From: Thermoplasmata archaeon
Lineage (GTDB): Archaea; Thermoplasmatota; Thermoplasmata; Lutacidiplasmatales; UBA184
Assembly (NCBI GenBank): GCA_030043855.1
Contig: JASHWW010000006.1
Coordinates: forward strand, 1 to 41,803
Reading direction: 5' to 3'
DNA: 41,803 bases
The notes beneath the pieces were generated by a model. That model did no database searches, had not been told where the DNA came from, and was given only the letters and a program-made list of their open reading frames with translations. The position numbers were made by a program, and so were the translations under genes. Positions 31,947-39,190 of this stretch are shown here, piece by piece. The stretch's first letter is position 1. Each line of letters begins with the position of its first letter.

Positions 31947-32561
31947 TTACCGCGCGACGATCCGTCCGCTCGAGGTCCCGGCCGCGAGGGGTCGAGGCAC
32001 TGCGCCCCCGCCGATCGGCAGGTAGATCCGAAAGTGCAAGGCGTCGGTGCCCCAGCGCTCCTCCAGCGGCAGGCCGCACCCGCGGAAGACGTCGACCATC
32101 GCGAAGTTTTCCGAGAGCACGATCGCGTGCAAGAATACGATTCCGTGACCCACGGCGGCCCGGGCCAACCGCTCGAGCAGCAGGGTCGCGCAGCCACGCC
32201 CCTGGTACGACTCCGTGACGAGAAACGCCGCCTCGGCGCCGGGCGAGGTCGGTCCGTCCCGCCGGTACTCGGCGAGGGCGACGAGTCGGGGGCGTCCGTC
32301 GGAGCGGGACTCCATCACCAGCGAGAGGCCGTCCGGGTCGTGCGCCCCCGCCAAGATGCTCTCCAGGACGCGCTCCGGCCGGACCGCACCGAAGTATCGA
32401 CGCGCGAGCGCACCGTCCGAGACCCCGGCGACGAACTCCCGGAGCCCTTCGCGATCGTCGTCGCGTACCGGTCGGATCACCACGTTCTCGCCATCGCGCA
32501 AGGTGGTCGGCCCCTCGACCGGGCCGGTCACCGTGAGACGGACGGTGCTGGGATCGAACAT
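31947..32561 (-). CDS. GNAT-family acetyltransferase (Pat C-terminal-domain-like)
   Basis: The internal ATG 32561 gives MFDPSTVRL... VTESYQGRGCATLLLERLARAA is the CoA-binding motif. The upstream 250 codons of the track ORF are Arg/Pro junk. Confidence 0.75.
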   Translation of the reverse strand: MFDPSTVRLTVTGPVEGPTTLRDGENVVIRPVRDDDREGLREFVAGVSDGALARRYFGAVRPERVLESILAGAHDPDGLSLVMESRSDGRPRLVALAEYRRDGPTSPGAEAAFLVTESYQGRGCATLLLERLARAAVGHGIVFLHAIVLSENFAMVDVFRGCGLPLEERWGTDALHFRIYLPIGGGAVPRPLAAGTSSGRIVAR

Positions 32562-32614
32562 CCTCGCCACCGGACCCCGGATTCGGGAGCGGGCCGGAGC
32601 GGAAGAATCCCGAG

Positions 32615-33325
32615 TCAAGCGGGGTTGACGCGGCTCGGCCCGTCGGAGGGGGTCGGGCCGGAGAGCACCACGCCGAGGGCGAACCCGTCGTGGCCCTTCG
32701 ACCCGACCGTCTGGATCACGGTCGCGTTGACGCGGGGCTCGTTCGCGAGCCGATGCAGGAAGGCCCGGATCCCGACGTTGCTCGGGTCCCGGGTTCCCGG
32801 ATCGGCGACTCCGCCCTGTCGGACCACGTTGTCGGCGACGATCAAACTGCCGGCCGACGTCAGTCGCAGCGACCAGTCGAGGTACTGCGGATAGCTCGTC
32901 TTGTCGGCGTCGATGAACACCAGGTCGAACGGCTCTTCCCCCGCGGCCCCGAGGCGGGCCAGGGAGTCGAGCGCGGGTCCGACCCGGATCTCGACGCGGT
33001 CGTCCAACCCGGCGCGGGCGAGATTCCGCCGAGCGACCTCGGCGTGGTGCGGGGAGAGTTCGAGGCTGAGGAGTCGGCCGTCCGCGGCGAGTCCCCGGGC
33101 GAGGCAGATCGTGCTGTACCCTCCCAGCGTCCCGATCTCGAGGATCCGTCGCGCCCGAACCGCCTCGGCGAGAACCTGCAAGAGGCGTCCCTGCAGCGGC
33201 GAGACCTGGATCGACGGCAAGCCGGCGGCCGACGACTCGCGCAGCGCGGCGTCGAGGACGGGGTCGGAGGGCACGAACTCCTCGCCCAGGTACCGGTCGA
33301 CGCCGGCCCACCCCTCGTCGGGCAT
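32615..33325 (-). CDS. cation-dependent O-methyltransferase (caffeoyl-CoA OMT-like, class I SAM MTase)
   Basis: ILEIGTLGGYST, LVFIDADKTSY and LIVADNV. CATTAGG (minus-strand reading of about 33349-33355) lies about 24 nt upstream. Confidence 0.85.
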   Translation of the reverse strand: MPDEGWAGVDRYLGEEFVPSDPVLDAALRESSAAGLPSIQVSPLQGRLLQVLAEAVRARRILEIGTLGGYSTICLARGLAADGRLLSLELSPHHAEVARRNLARAGLDDRVEIRVGPALDSLARLGAAGEEPFDLVFIDADKTSYPQYLDWSLRLTSAGSLIVADNVVRQGGVADPGTRDPSNVGIRAFLHRLANEPRVNATVIQTVGSKGHDGFALGVVLSGPTPSDGPSRVNPA

Positions 33326-33374
33326 TCGCCCGTGGGGGAGGGGCTCGGCCTAATGAGCTCGCGTCCCGCGCGCC

Positions 33375-33755
33375 CTAAGCGGCACCGCGGGTGGCGGGTG
33401 GGTCGGCACCGGCTCGGAGCAGACGCTGGACGAGCGCGAGCAATTCTTCGGGGACCAGCGGGAGGGGCACCGGGTGGACGCCGGGGAGCCGCGCGACCGC
33501 TGGGTCGCGCGAACCGACGACTACGAGGGCCGTCCCCGGGAGACGGCCCTGGGCCCAGGCCCGGGCGGTCGTGCAGTAGGGCCCGCTCGCCGCGGCGATC
33601 ACGACCGGGAATCGAGCCGCGACCTCGCGCAACGGCCCGACCTCGTCGAGCACATCCACGTGTTCGACGCGCACCGAGCCGGCGTCGAGCAGGTCCCGGA
33701 TCGACCGCGCGAGGCTCGGCGTCTCTCCCACGATCAGCGCCGCCGGAGCCGGCAT
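33375..33755 (-). CDS. receiver-like (CheY-fold) protein lacking the canonical acidic pocket (pseudo-receiver)
   Basis: The 3' end of junk track ORF 33375..35315 gives MPAPAALIVGETPSLARSIRDLLDAGSVRVEHVDVLDEV..FPVVIAAASG..ALVVVGSRD..PLPLVPEELLALVQRLL. It has the beta-alpha periodicity of REC, but GE replaces DD and AAASG replaces the phospho-Asp. GAATATCC (minus-strand reading of 33780-33787) lies about 25 nt upstream. Confidence 0.5.
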   Translation of the reverse strand: MPAPAALIVGETPSLARSIRDLLDAGSVRVEHVDVLDEVGPLREVAARFPVVIAAASGPYCTTARAWAQGRLPGTALVVVGSRDPAVARLPGVHPVPLPLVPEELLALVQRLLRAGADPPATRGAA

Positions 33756-33881
33756 GTGCCGGGGCGACCGCGCCGCGGAGGATATTCGGTCCGTGAACTC
33801 CGTTTGACCGAGCTCGGCGGACCCGAACCCCTCCGACAGGGAGAAGAGCCGGCGGCCGGTCCACGCCGGCGGAAGGTCCGG

Positions 33882-35336
33882 ATGGGAGTCGACGAGACCG
33901 CGCCCGTCTCGGCCACCGAAGTGCTCGCGTCGGCGCCGATCGGGCTGGCCGTCATCGCCGCCCCGGGAACGATCGTCTGGGCGAATCCCGCCTATTTCGC
34001 CACCACCGGCCGGGATCCTGCGATCGTCGGTCAGGACTTCCATCGGATCCTGGAGGAGGACGGGACGTGGTCGCCGGAGATCGGAGCGGCGGTCGACGCC
34101 GCGCTCGCCGGGGCCCCCTCGGCGTCGTTTCGGTCGGTGCGGGCCCGGTATCGTGCCGGGGCCAGCGGGGTCTTCCTCGACGTCGATGTGCGACCGCTCG
34201 CCCCCGGGCGGGACGGCACCTCGCGGGTCCTGCTCGCGTTCCGGGACGTGAGCGAGCGGGTGGAGGAGGAGGTGCGCTCCCGCCTCTTCTTCGAAGCGTT
34301 CCGAACCTCGACGAACGCGATGCAGTTGACCGACGATCGCGGGGTCATGGTCGACGTCAATCCCGCGTTCGAGCGGATCTACGGATACTCCCGCGCCGAG
34401 TGCATCGGACGTAAGCCGAACTTGGTCCGCAGCCGCCACACGCCGCCGGAATTCTACCGCGCCATGTGGGCCGACCTGCTCGACCCGCAACGCGGGTACT
34501 GGGCCGGCGAGATCACGAACCGGGACCGGCACGGGCGGGAACGACCGGTGCTGCTGACGATCACCGCGATCCGGACGACGACCGGCCAGGTCTCCCACTA
34601 CCTGGGCGTCGCGGTCGACCTCTCCGAGCAACGGAGTTGGGAGCTCCGCGCGGCCCACGCCGACAAGCTGGCGTCGGTCGGCCAACTGGCGGCCGGGGTC
34701 GCCCACGAGATCAACACGCCGCTCGCGAACGTCATGCTGATTGCGGAGAGCATGCGTCGCCGCACGACGGACCCGTGGGCGGCCTCCCGGCTGGCCAGCA
34801 TGACCGACCAGGTCGAAGTGGCCGCTCGGATCGTGCGGAGCCTCCTCGATTTCGCCCGCCGCGAGACCCCGCAGATGCGCGAGATCGATCTGTCCGGCGT
34901 GGCCCGGGACGCCGTCGGCTTTCTCCGCGGCAAGCGGTCGGCGGACGTCGAGATCGCGGACATCTACCCGGCGGATCCGGTCCCGATCGAGGGGGACCGG
35001 GGGCAGCTGATGCAGGTGCTGACGAACCTGCTCAACAACGCCTACGATGCGGTCGGGGCGGACGGAACGATTCGCCTGTCGGTCCGGCGGCACGGCGCCC
35101 GGGCCGAGGTGGAGGTGATCGACTCGGGTCCGGGGATCCCCGGGGAGGTGCTCCCGCACGTCTTCGAGCCGTTCTTCACGACCAAGCCGGAAGGGCAAGG
35201 TACGGGGCTGGGTCTGGCGATCTGCCACGGCATCGTGCAGTCCCACCACGGCACCATCACCGCGCGGAACGTCCCGGGCGCCGGGGCCGGATTCCTCGTA
35301 TCGCTCCCGCTCCACGAACCGCGAACGCGAAGCTGA
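33882..35336 (+). CDS. soluble sensor histidine kinase (two PAS domains, HisKA, HATPase_c)
   Basis: PAS1 is LASAPIGLAVIAAPGTIVWANPAYFATTG. PAS2 is NAMQLTDDRGVMVDVNPAFERIYGYSRAECIG. The H-box is AAGVAHEINTPL, the N-box LLNNAYDA, G1 DSGPGIP and G2 GTGLGLAI. There is no TM segment. An alternative in-frame TTG start lies at 33804. Confidence 0.9.
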   Translation: MGVDETAPVSATEVLASAPIGLAVIAAPGTIVWANPAYFATTGRDPAIVGQDFHRILEEDGTWSPEIGAAVDAALAGAPSASFRSVRARYRAGASGVFLDVDVRPLAPGRDGTSRVLLAFRDVSERVEEEVRSRLFFEAFRTSTNAMQLTDDRGVMVDVNPAFERIYGYSRAECIGRKPNLVRSRHTPPEFYRAMWADLLDPQRGYWAGEITNRDRHGRERPVLLTITAIRTTTGQVSHYLGVAVDLSEQRSWELRAAHADKLASVGQLAAGVAHEINTPLANVMLIAESMRRRTTDPWAASRLASMTDQVEVAARIVRSLLDFARRETPQMREIDLSGVARDAVGFLRGKRSADVEIADIYPADPVPIEGDRGQLMQVLTNLLNNAYDAVGADGTIRLSVRRHGARAEVEVIDSGPGIPGEVLPHVFEPFFTTKPEGQGTGLGLAICHGIVQSHHGTITARNVPGAGAGFLVSLPLHEPRTRS

Positions 35337-35338
35337 CG

Positions 35339-35369
35339 CGGTCGCCCCCGACGCGTCGAGGGGCGACCG
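35339..35369 (+). terminator. GC-rich hairpin between the histidine kinase and response regulator genes (terminator, attenuator or operator candidate)
   Basis: CGGTCGCCCC-CGA-CGCG-TCG-A-GGGGCGACCG forms about 13 bp with one bulged A and a tetraloop. It starts 3 nt after the kinase TGA and is followed at 35379-35386 by CTATTTTC (a T4 tract that also serves as the TATA-like box of the regulator gene). Confidence 0.45.
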
Positions 35370-35406
35370 GCGAAACCCCTATTTTCGGCCGGTCGGTCCG
35401 GGGGCC

Positions 35407-36483
35407 GTGCGCCTCCTCGTGGTCGACGACGACGCCGTGTTTCGCGAGGAGCTGGCGGAGCTGCTGCGGGACGACGGTCACGAGGTCACGACCGCCCCGT
35501 CCGTCGCGAAGGCGGTGGAGCTCCTCGAACACCAGGAAATGGACACGGTCCTGACGGACCTGAAGATGCCCCGCCACGGAGGGCTCGAACTCCTGCGCGA
35601 CGTGCGCCAACGGTGGCCCCGAACACCCGTGGTGATGGTCACCGGGTTCGCGACCGTGGAGAGCGCGCTCGAGGCGATGAAGCTGGGCGCGTTCGATTAC
35701 ATCCGCAAACCGTTCCGCATCGAACAGGTCCGCGAGACCCTCGCCCTGGTCGCCCAGGAACGGGAGTTCTCGGCGCCCGGCGAGTCGGCGCGAGACCCCG
35801 TCCGCGAGGCGCGGAACCTGGCCGCTTCGGGCAAGTACGAGGTCCTCCTGTTCGACGCGCCCGCCCCCGCGTCCGGGGCCCACCTCACCGGCGCGCTCCT
35901 CGACCCGACGCGGCCGAGCGAGCTCGTCGACCGGACCGGGGAGTTCCTGGCCGCGCATCCGACCGGCGCGGTCGTGATCGCCCACGCGGAACAACTCCTC
36001 GCGGACCACCGGCTCGAGGAGGTGGTCGGGATTCTCGACCGGCTCCGGACCCTCCTCGTGGGCCACGGCCCGCTGCGCGTCGCCTTCGATCCGCACCGCG
36101 TCGGCCCGGCGGCCGCGCTCGCGATGGGGGGCGCCGTGGCCGCCGAGGAGACGCATGCGGCGCTGGAGGCGCTCTCCAACCCGATCCGCCGGCGTGCGCT
36201 GTTGCGTCTCGCCGAGGCTCCCGCCTCGTTCACCGAGATCCTGACGGCGACCGAGCTGTCGGACTCCCCGAAGCTGTCGTTCCATCTCCGCAAGCTGGTC
36301 GACGCGGCGCTCCTCCGCCACGACGGCGACCGGTACCGGTTGACGTCGCGCGGAGAGGCCGTCGTGCGGCTGCTGCGGGACGCCACCTTCCTGCCGCCCG
36401 CCAGCACCGCCGGGAACCTGGCGTTCCCCCGCGCGGACGGGGAGCCGGGCCCCTCCGCGAGACCGGGGGGGAAGACGCGGTGA
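35407..36483 (+). CDS. response regulator: REC, a DUF835-like middle domain and a C-terminal ArsR-type winged helix
   Basis: REC is canonical: LLVVDDD, VLTDLKMP, VVMVTG, YIRKPF. The middle region AVVIAHAEQLLADHRLEEVVGILDRLRTLLVGHGPLRVAFDP resembles DUF835. The C-terminus is LSNPIRRRALLRLAEAPASFTEILTATELSDSPKLSFHLRKLVDAALL (wHTH). The start is GTG, with CTATTTTC 20 nt upstream. Confidence 0.8.
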   Translation: MRLLVVDDDAVFREELAELLRDDGHEVTTAPSVAKAVELLEHQEMDTVLTDLKMPRHGGLELLRDVRQRWPRTPVVMVTGFATVESALEAMKLGAFDYIRKPFRIEQVRETLALVAQEREFSAPGESARDPVREARNLAASGKYEVLLFDAPAPASGAHLTGALLDPTRPSELVDRTGEFLAAHPTGAVVIAHAEQLLADHRLEEVVGILDRLRTLLVGHGPLRVAFDPHRVGPAAALAMGGAVAAEETHAALEALSNPIRRRALLRLAEAPASFTEILTATELSDSPKLSFHLRKLVDAALLRHDGDRYRLTSRGEAVVRLLRDATFLPPASTAGNLAFPRADGEPGPSARPGGKTR

Positions 36484-36511
36484 GCCGCGCGCGCGGCCCC
36501 GGTTCGGTCGT

Positions 36512-37705
36512 TCAGACCCGCAGCCAGGCGCCGCTCGAGAACGCCCACGCGCCGTCGTAGACGGTCGGGACGAACGGTTGGACTCCGCCGAACAGGACGA
36601 CCTCGCCGTTCCCGGACCGACCCGCATGGGGATCGAACGCGACCCCCTCGCCCGCCATCCGGGGCGGCGAGGGGCTGCCGCTCCACGCGGTCCAGCCGGT
36701 CGCCGAGTACGTCCACGTGGTACCGAGGACGGTCGAATTGTCGGCGCCGCCGTACAGGAGGAGCGTCCCGTTCGGAGGGTTCTCCACCAGGGCGACGAAC
36801 CCGAACGTGTGCGTCGGCGCCGTCACGCGCAGTCGAGTCCATCCACCGGAATGGAATTCCCACGTGTCGTGCAGGGGATCCCCGCAGAATCCGGCCGCGT
36901 AGCCGCACCCGCCGAAGAGGACGACGTCCCCGGTCGTGGGGTCGTACGCGAGCCCGTCCGCGCCTCGCGGGCTCGGGTGGACGGAGGGGCTCAGCCGCGT
37001 CCAGGTCCCGCCCACGAACGTCCACGTGTCCCCGTAGAGCGTGGAGCTCCCCGTCACGAAGTTGACGGAGAGCCCGCCGAACAGCACGACCTTCTTGTTC
37101 GCCGTGTCGTAGGTCGCGACCGCGGCATAGCGCCCGACCGGATGGGTCGCCGGGCTGAGTTTCGTCCACTGTCCCCCGACGAAGGTCCAGGTGTCGGAGA
37201 GCATCGTCAGGCCCCCGGAGGCGTTCTCGCCGACCCCGCCGAAGAGCACGACGTACCCATCCTTCGCGTCGTAGGCGATCGAGGCGAACGCGCGCGCCGA
37301 CGGATGATGCGGGGGCGACAGCTCGGTCCACTTCCCCGCGGCGTACTCCCACGTGTCGGAGAGGGGGACGCTCGTGGCGTTCAGCCCCCCGAAGAGGAGC
37401 AGGTAGCCGTCCTTCGCGTCGTAGACCATCGCGGGATCGTATCGCGCCGGCGGCGCGGAGGCCGCTCCGGCGACCGCTGCGGTCGGGCGTTCCGGCAGTG
37501 CGGCGACCGCACCGCACGCCGCTGGCACGCGTCCGATCCCACCGAGAAAGCACGGTGCGGCCGGTACCCGGGCCGCTCCCGCGGGGACGTCCGGGTGGCC
37601 CATGGCGGGGATCTCCGCCCGCGCGGACGGGACGCTGGCCAGGGCGCCCACGGCGACCAGTCCGAACGTGACGAGCAGTGCCCAACCGCGGACCGACGCG
37701 ACCAC
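36512..37705 (-). CDS. Kelch-repeat beta-propeller protein with an N-terminal signal or anchor
   Basis: There are six repeats ending in DTW-type motifs (SDTWEYAAGKWTEL, SDTWTFVGGQWTKL, GDTWTFVGGTWTRL, HDTWEFHSGGWTRL, TTWTYSATGWTAW, DGAWAFSSGAWLRV). The track start 37777 overlaps the tRNA, so GTG 37705 (VVASVRGWALLVTFGLVAVGALA) is proposed. Confidence 0.85.
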   Translation of the reverse strand: MVASVRGWALLVTFGLVAVGALASVPSARAEIPAMGHPDVPAGAARVPAAPCFLGGIGRVPAACGAVAALPERPTAAVAGAASAPPARYDPAMVYDAKDGYLLLFGGLNATSVPLSDTWEYAAGKWTELSPPHHPSARAFASIAYDAKDGYVVLFGGVGENASGGLTMLSDTWTFVGGQWTKLSPATHPVGRYAAVATYDTANKKVVLFGGLSVNFVTGSSTLYGDTWTFVGGTWTRLSPSVHPSPRGADGLAYDPTTGDVVLFGGCGYAAGFCGDPLHDTWEFHSGGWTRLRVTAPTHTFGFVALVENPPNGTLLLYGGADNSTVLGTTWTYSATGWTAWSGSPSPPRMAGEGVAFDPHAGRSGNGEVVLFGGVQPFVPTVYDGAWAFSSGAWLRV

Positions 37706-37770
37706 CCTCGGCTCCTCCCCGTCCCGAGGCGGCCGCGGGCTAAGAAGGCTCTCGGCTCCGAGGACGCGAG

Positions 37771-37842
37771 TGGACACGGGGGGATTTGAACCCCCGACCT
37801 CTGCTTTGCGAAAGCAGCGATCTTCCGCTGATCTACGTGCCC
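37771..37842 (-). tRNA. tRNA-Ala (anticodon CGC)
   Basis: The 72-nt cloverleaf was folded by hand: GGGCACG TA GATC AGCGGAA GATC G CTGCT TTCGCAA AGCAG AGGTC GGGGG TTCAAAT CCCCC CGTGTCC A. It carries the G3:U70 alanine identity pair and discriminator A. No CCA is encoded. Confidence 0.95.
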
Positions 37843-37895
37843 AACGCGGCGGGGGAACGGCTCTGCCGCTTAAGGACTTTGGAAATCGCGGTCGA

Positions 37896-38456
37896 TCAGA
37901 CGGGCCGGTTCAGCACCCGGGTGTACCGGACGAGCTCGGCGAGGTGGTTGGCGACGAACGTCCGGACCTTCGGGTCCGTGAGACGTCCCTCCGCGTCGAA
38001 CTTGTCGGCGGCGAACGACACGATCACCTCGGGGCGGTTGATCGGGAAGAGGTTCAGGAAGACCATCGTCTGCCGCAGCTCGTACTGCGCCCGGGCCCCT
38101 CCTACCTGACCGACCGACGCGCTCAGGATCCCGGCGGGCTTGCCGTTCCACGAGTTGTCGGGGTACGGCCGGGAGATCCAGTCGATCGCGTTCTTCTCCG
38201 CCGCCGACAGCCCGTAGTTGTGCTCGTTGACCGCGAACAGGACCGCGTCGGCTCGCTTCACCTGGTCCTTCGCCCGACGGACCGGCTCGGGAAGAGTCCC
38301 CTCGTCGTCCTGGTTGAAGACGGGGAATCCCCGAATGTCGACCAGCTCGACCCGGCTGCCCGGCGGCGCCAGTTCCTGGGCGGCGAGCAACAGCCCGCGG
38401 CTGTAGGCGTTCTTCCGCAGGCTCCCCGGGATCCCCGCGATCGTCAGGTCGGTCAT
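37896..38456 (-). CDS. NAD(P)H-dependent FMN reductase family oxidoreductase
   Basis: IAGIPGSLRKNAYSRGLL, ADAVLFAVNEHNYGLSAAEKNAIDW and GKPAGILSAS are typical of the FMN_red family. Confidence 0.85.
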   Translation of the reverse strand: MTDLTIAGIPGSLRKNAYSRGLLLAAQELAPPGSRVELVDIRGFPVFNQDDEGTLPEPVRRAKDQVKRADAVLFAVNEHNYGLSAAEKNAIDWISRPYPDNSWNGKPAGILSASVGQVGGARAQYELRQTMVFLNLFPINRPEVIVSFAADKFDAEGRLTDPKVRTFVANHLAELVRYTRVLNRPV

Positions 38457-38532
38457 GGTCGTCGCCGCACGACCGGCGGACGGTCACTTAGTCTAGCGGC
38501 TACCCGAGGGTGACCAAGGGAAGGTCGCGGGG

Positions 38533-39141
38533 TCAGGCGAACGCCGGCACGACGCCCGTGCCCCGGTACTCGGACGGGGGCGAGCTCGCCTTGCGGGATC
38601 CCCCCGAGGGACCCGGGGGAGTCGCGCCGGAACTCGGCGGCGACCGTCCGCTGCCCGAGCGGGTCGTCGCGGCGGGTTTGGACAGGATCAACCGGTGGGC
38701 CTCCGCATCGTAGCGGAACAGCTCGGCATACCGGCCCCAGTTGACGATGTTCTGCACCGCCTCGTCCGCGGCGGCCGTCGTCAACGACACGATCTGCGCG
38801 AGGTCGTCGTCCGATAGCTCGTGGTTGGGGGCGTTCTCGAGGGCACGGAGGATCGTCTTGAACAGGGTCGTCCGCTTGATCTGGTCCCGCAGGATCGCCT
38901 TGCGCTCGCGGATCGACCCGGCGACCAGCTTCTGCCCGAGCTCGGTGAACGACGCCCGGCCGTCGACGACCTTCACGAACTGGAGGAGCTCGGCGTACTC
39001 GAGCGACGGGAAGATCTCGTCGATCTCCAGGTCCAGGTCGTCGGCCAGGCGAGCGACGTCCTCGGAGCCCTTGTGGCCGTTCAGCAGCACGAGGAGCCCC
39101 AGCAGCTCCGTGGGGCTCGATTTCGGGAAGATCGTCGGCAC
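38533..39141 (-). CDS. stand-alone AAA-associated (NitT/TauT ABC ATPase C-terminal-type) domain protein with a low-complexity tail
   Basis: ELLGLLVLLNGHKGSEDVARLADDLDLEIDEIFPSLEYAELLQFV..FTELG is the pattern I associate with the C-terminal AAA-associated domain of nitrate/sulfonate/taurine ABC ATPases. The start is GTG. TATATA at 39176-39181 lies 35 nt upstream. Confidence 0.6.
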   Translation of the reverse strand: MPTIFPKSSPTELLGLLVLLNGHKGSEDVARLADDLDLEIDEIFPSLEYAELLQFVKVVDGRASFTELGQKLVAGSIRERKAILRDQIKRTTLFKTILRALENAPNHELSDDDLAQIVSLTTAAADEAVQNIVNWGRYAELFRYDAEAHRLILSKPAATTRSGSGRSPPSSGATPPGPSGGSRKASSPPSEYRGTGVVPAFA

Positions 39142-39175
39142 GGGTGGTTCCGGTGGCCAACCAGATGCGGGCGGG

Positions 39176-39181
39176 TATATA
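39176..39181 (-). promoter_or_regulatory. TATATA box upstream of the AAA-associated-domain gene
   Basis: This is the only TATATA in the ABC operon region, 35 nt upstream of GTG 39141 and just downstream of the ATPase stop. Confidence 0.45.
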
Positions 39182-39190
39182 CGTTCGCAA

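Noticed and set aside
33804-33881. An upstream in-frame TTG (33804) as the histidine-kinase start, 17 nt after the GATATTC box.
   Set aside because: It is possible, but the added 26 codons have weak GC3 and are low-complexity, and that TATA-like box is better placed for the divergent pseudo-receiver gene. I kept ATG 33882 and note the uncertainty.
37771-37842. tRNA-Ala as an integration site for a genomic island.
   Set aside because: I found no second copy of the tRNA 3' half (GGTTCAAATCCCCC.. or its complement) elsewhere in the window, no integrase nearby, and ordinary flanking genes.
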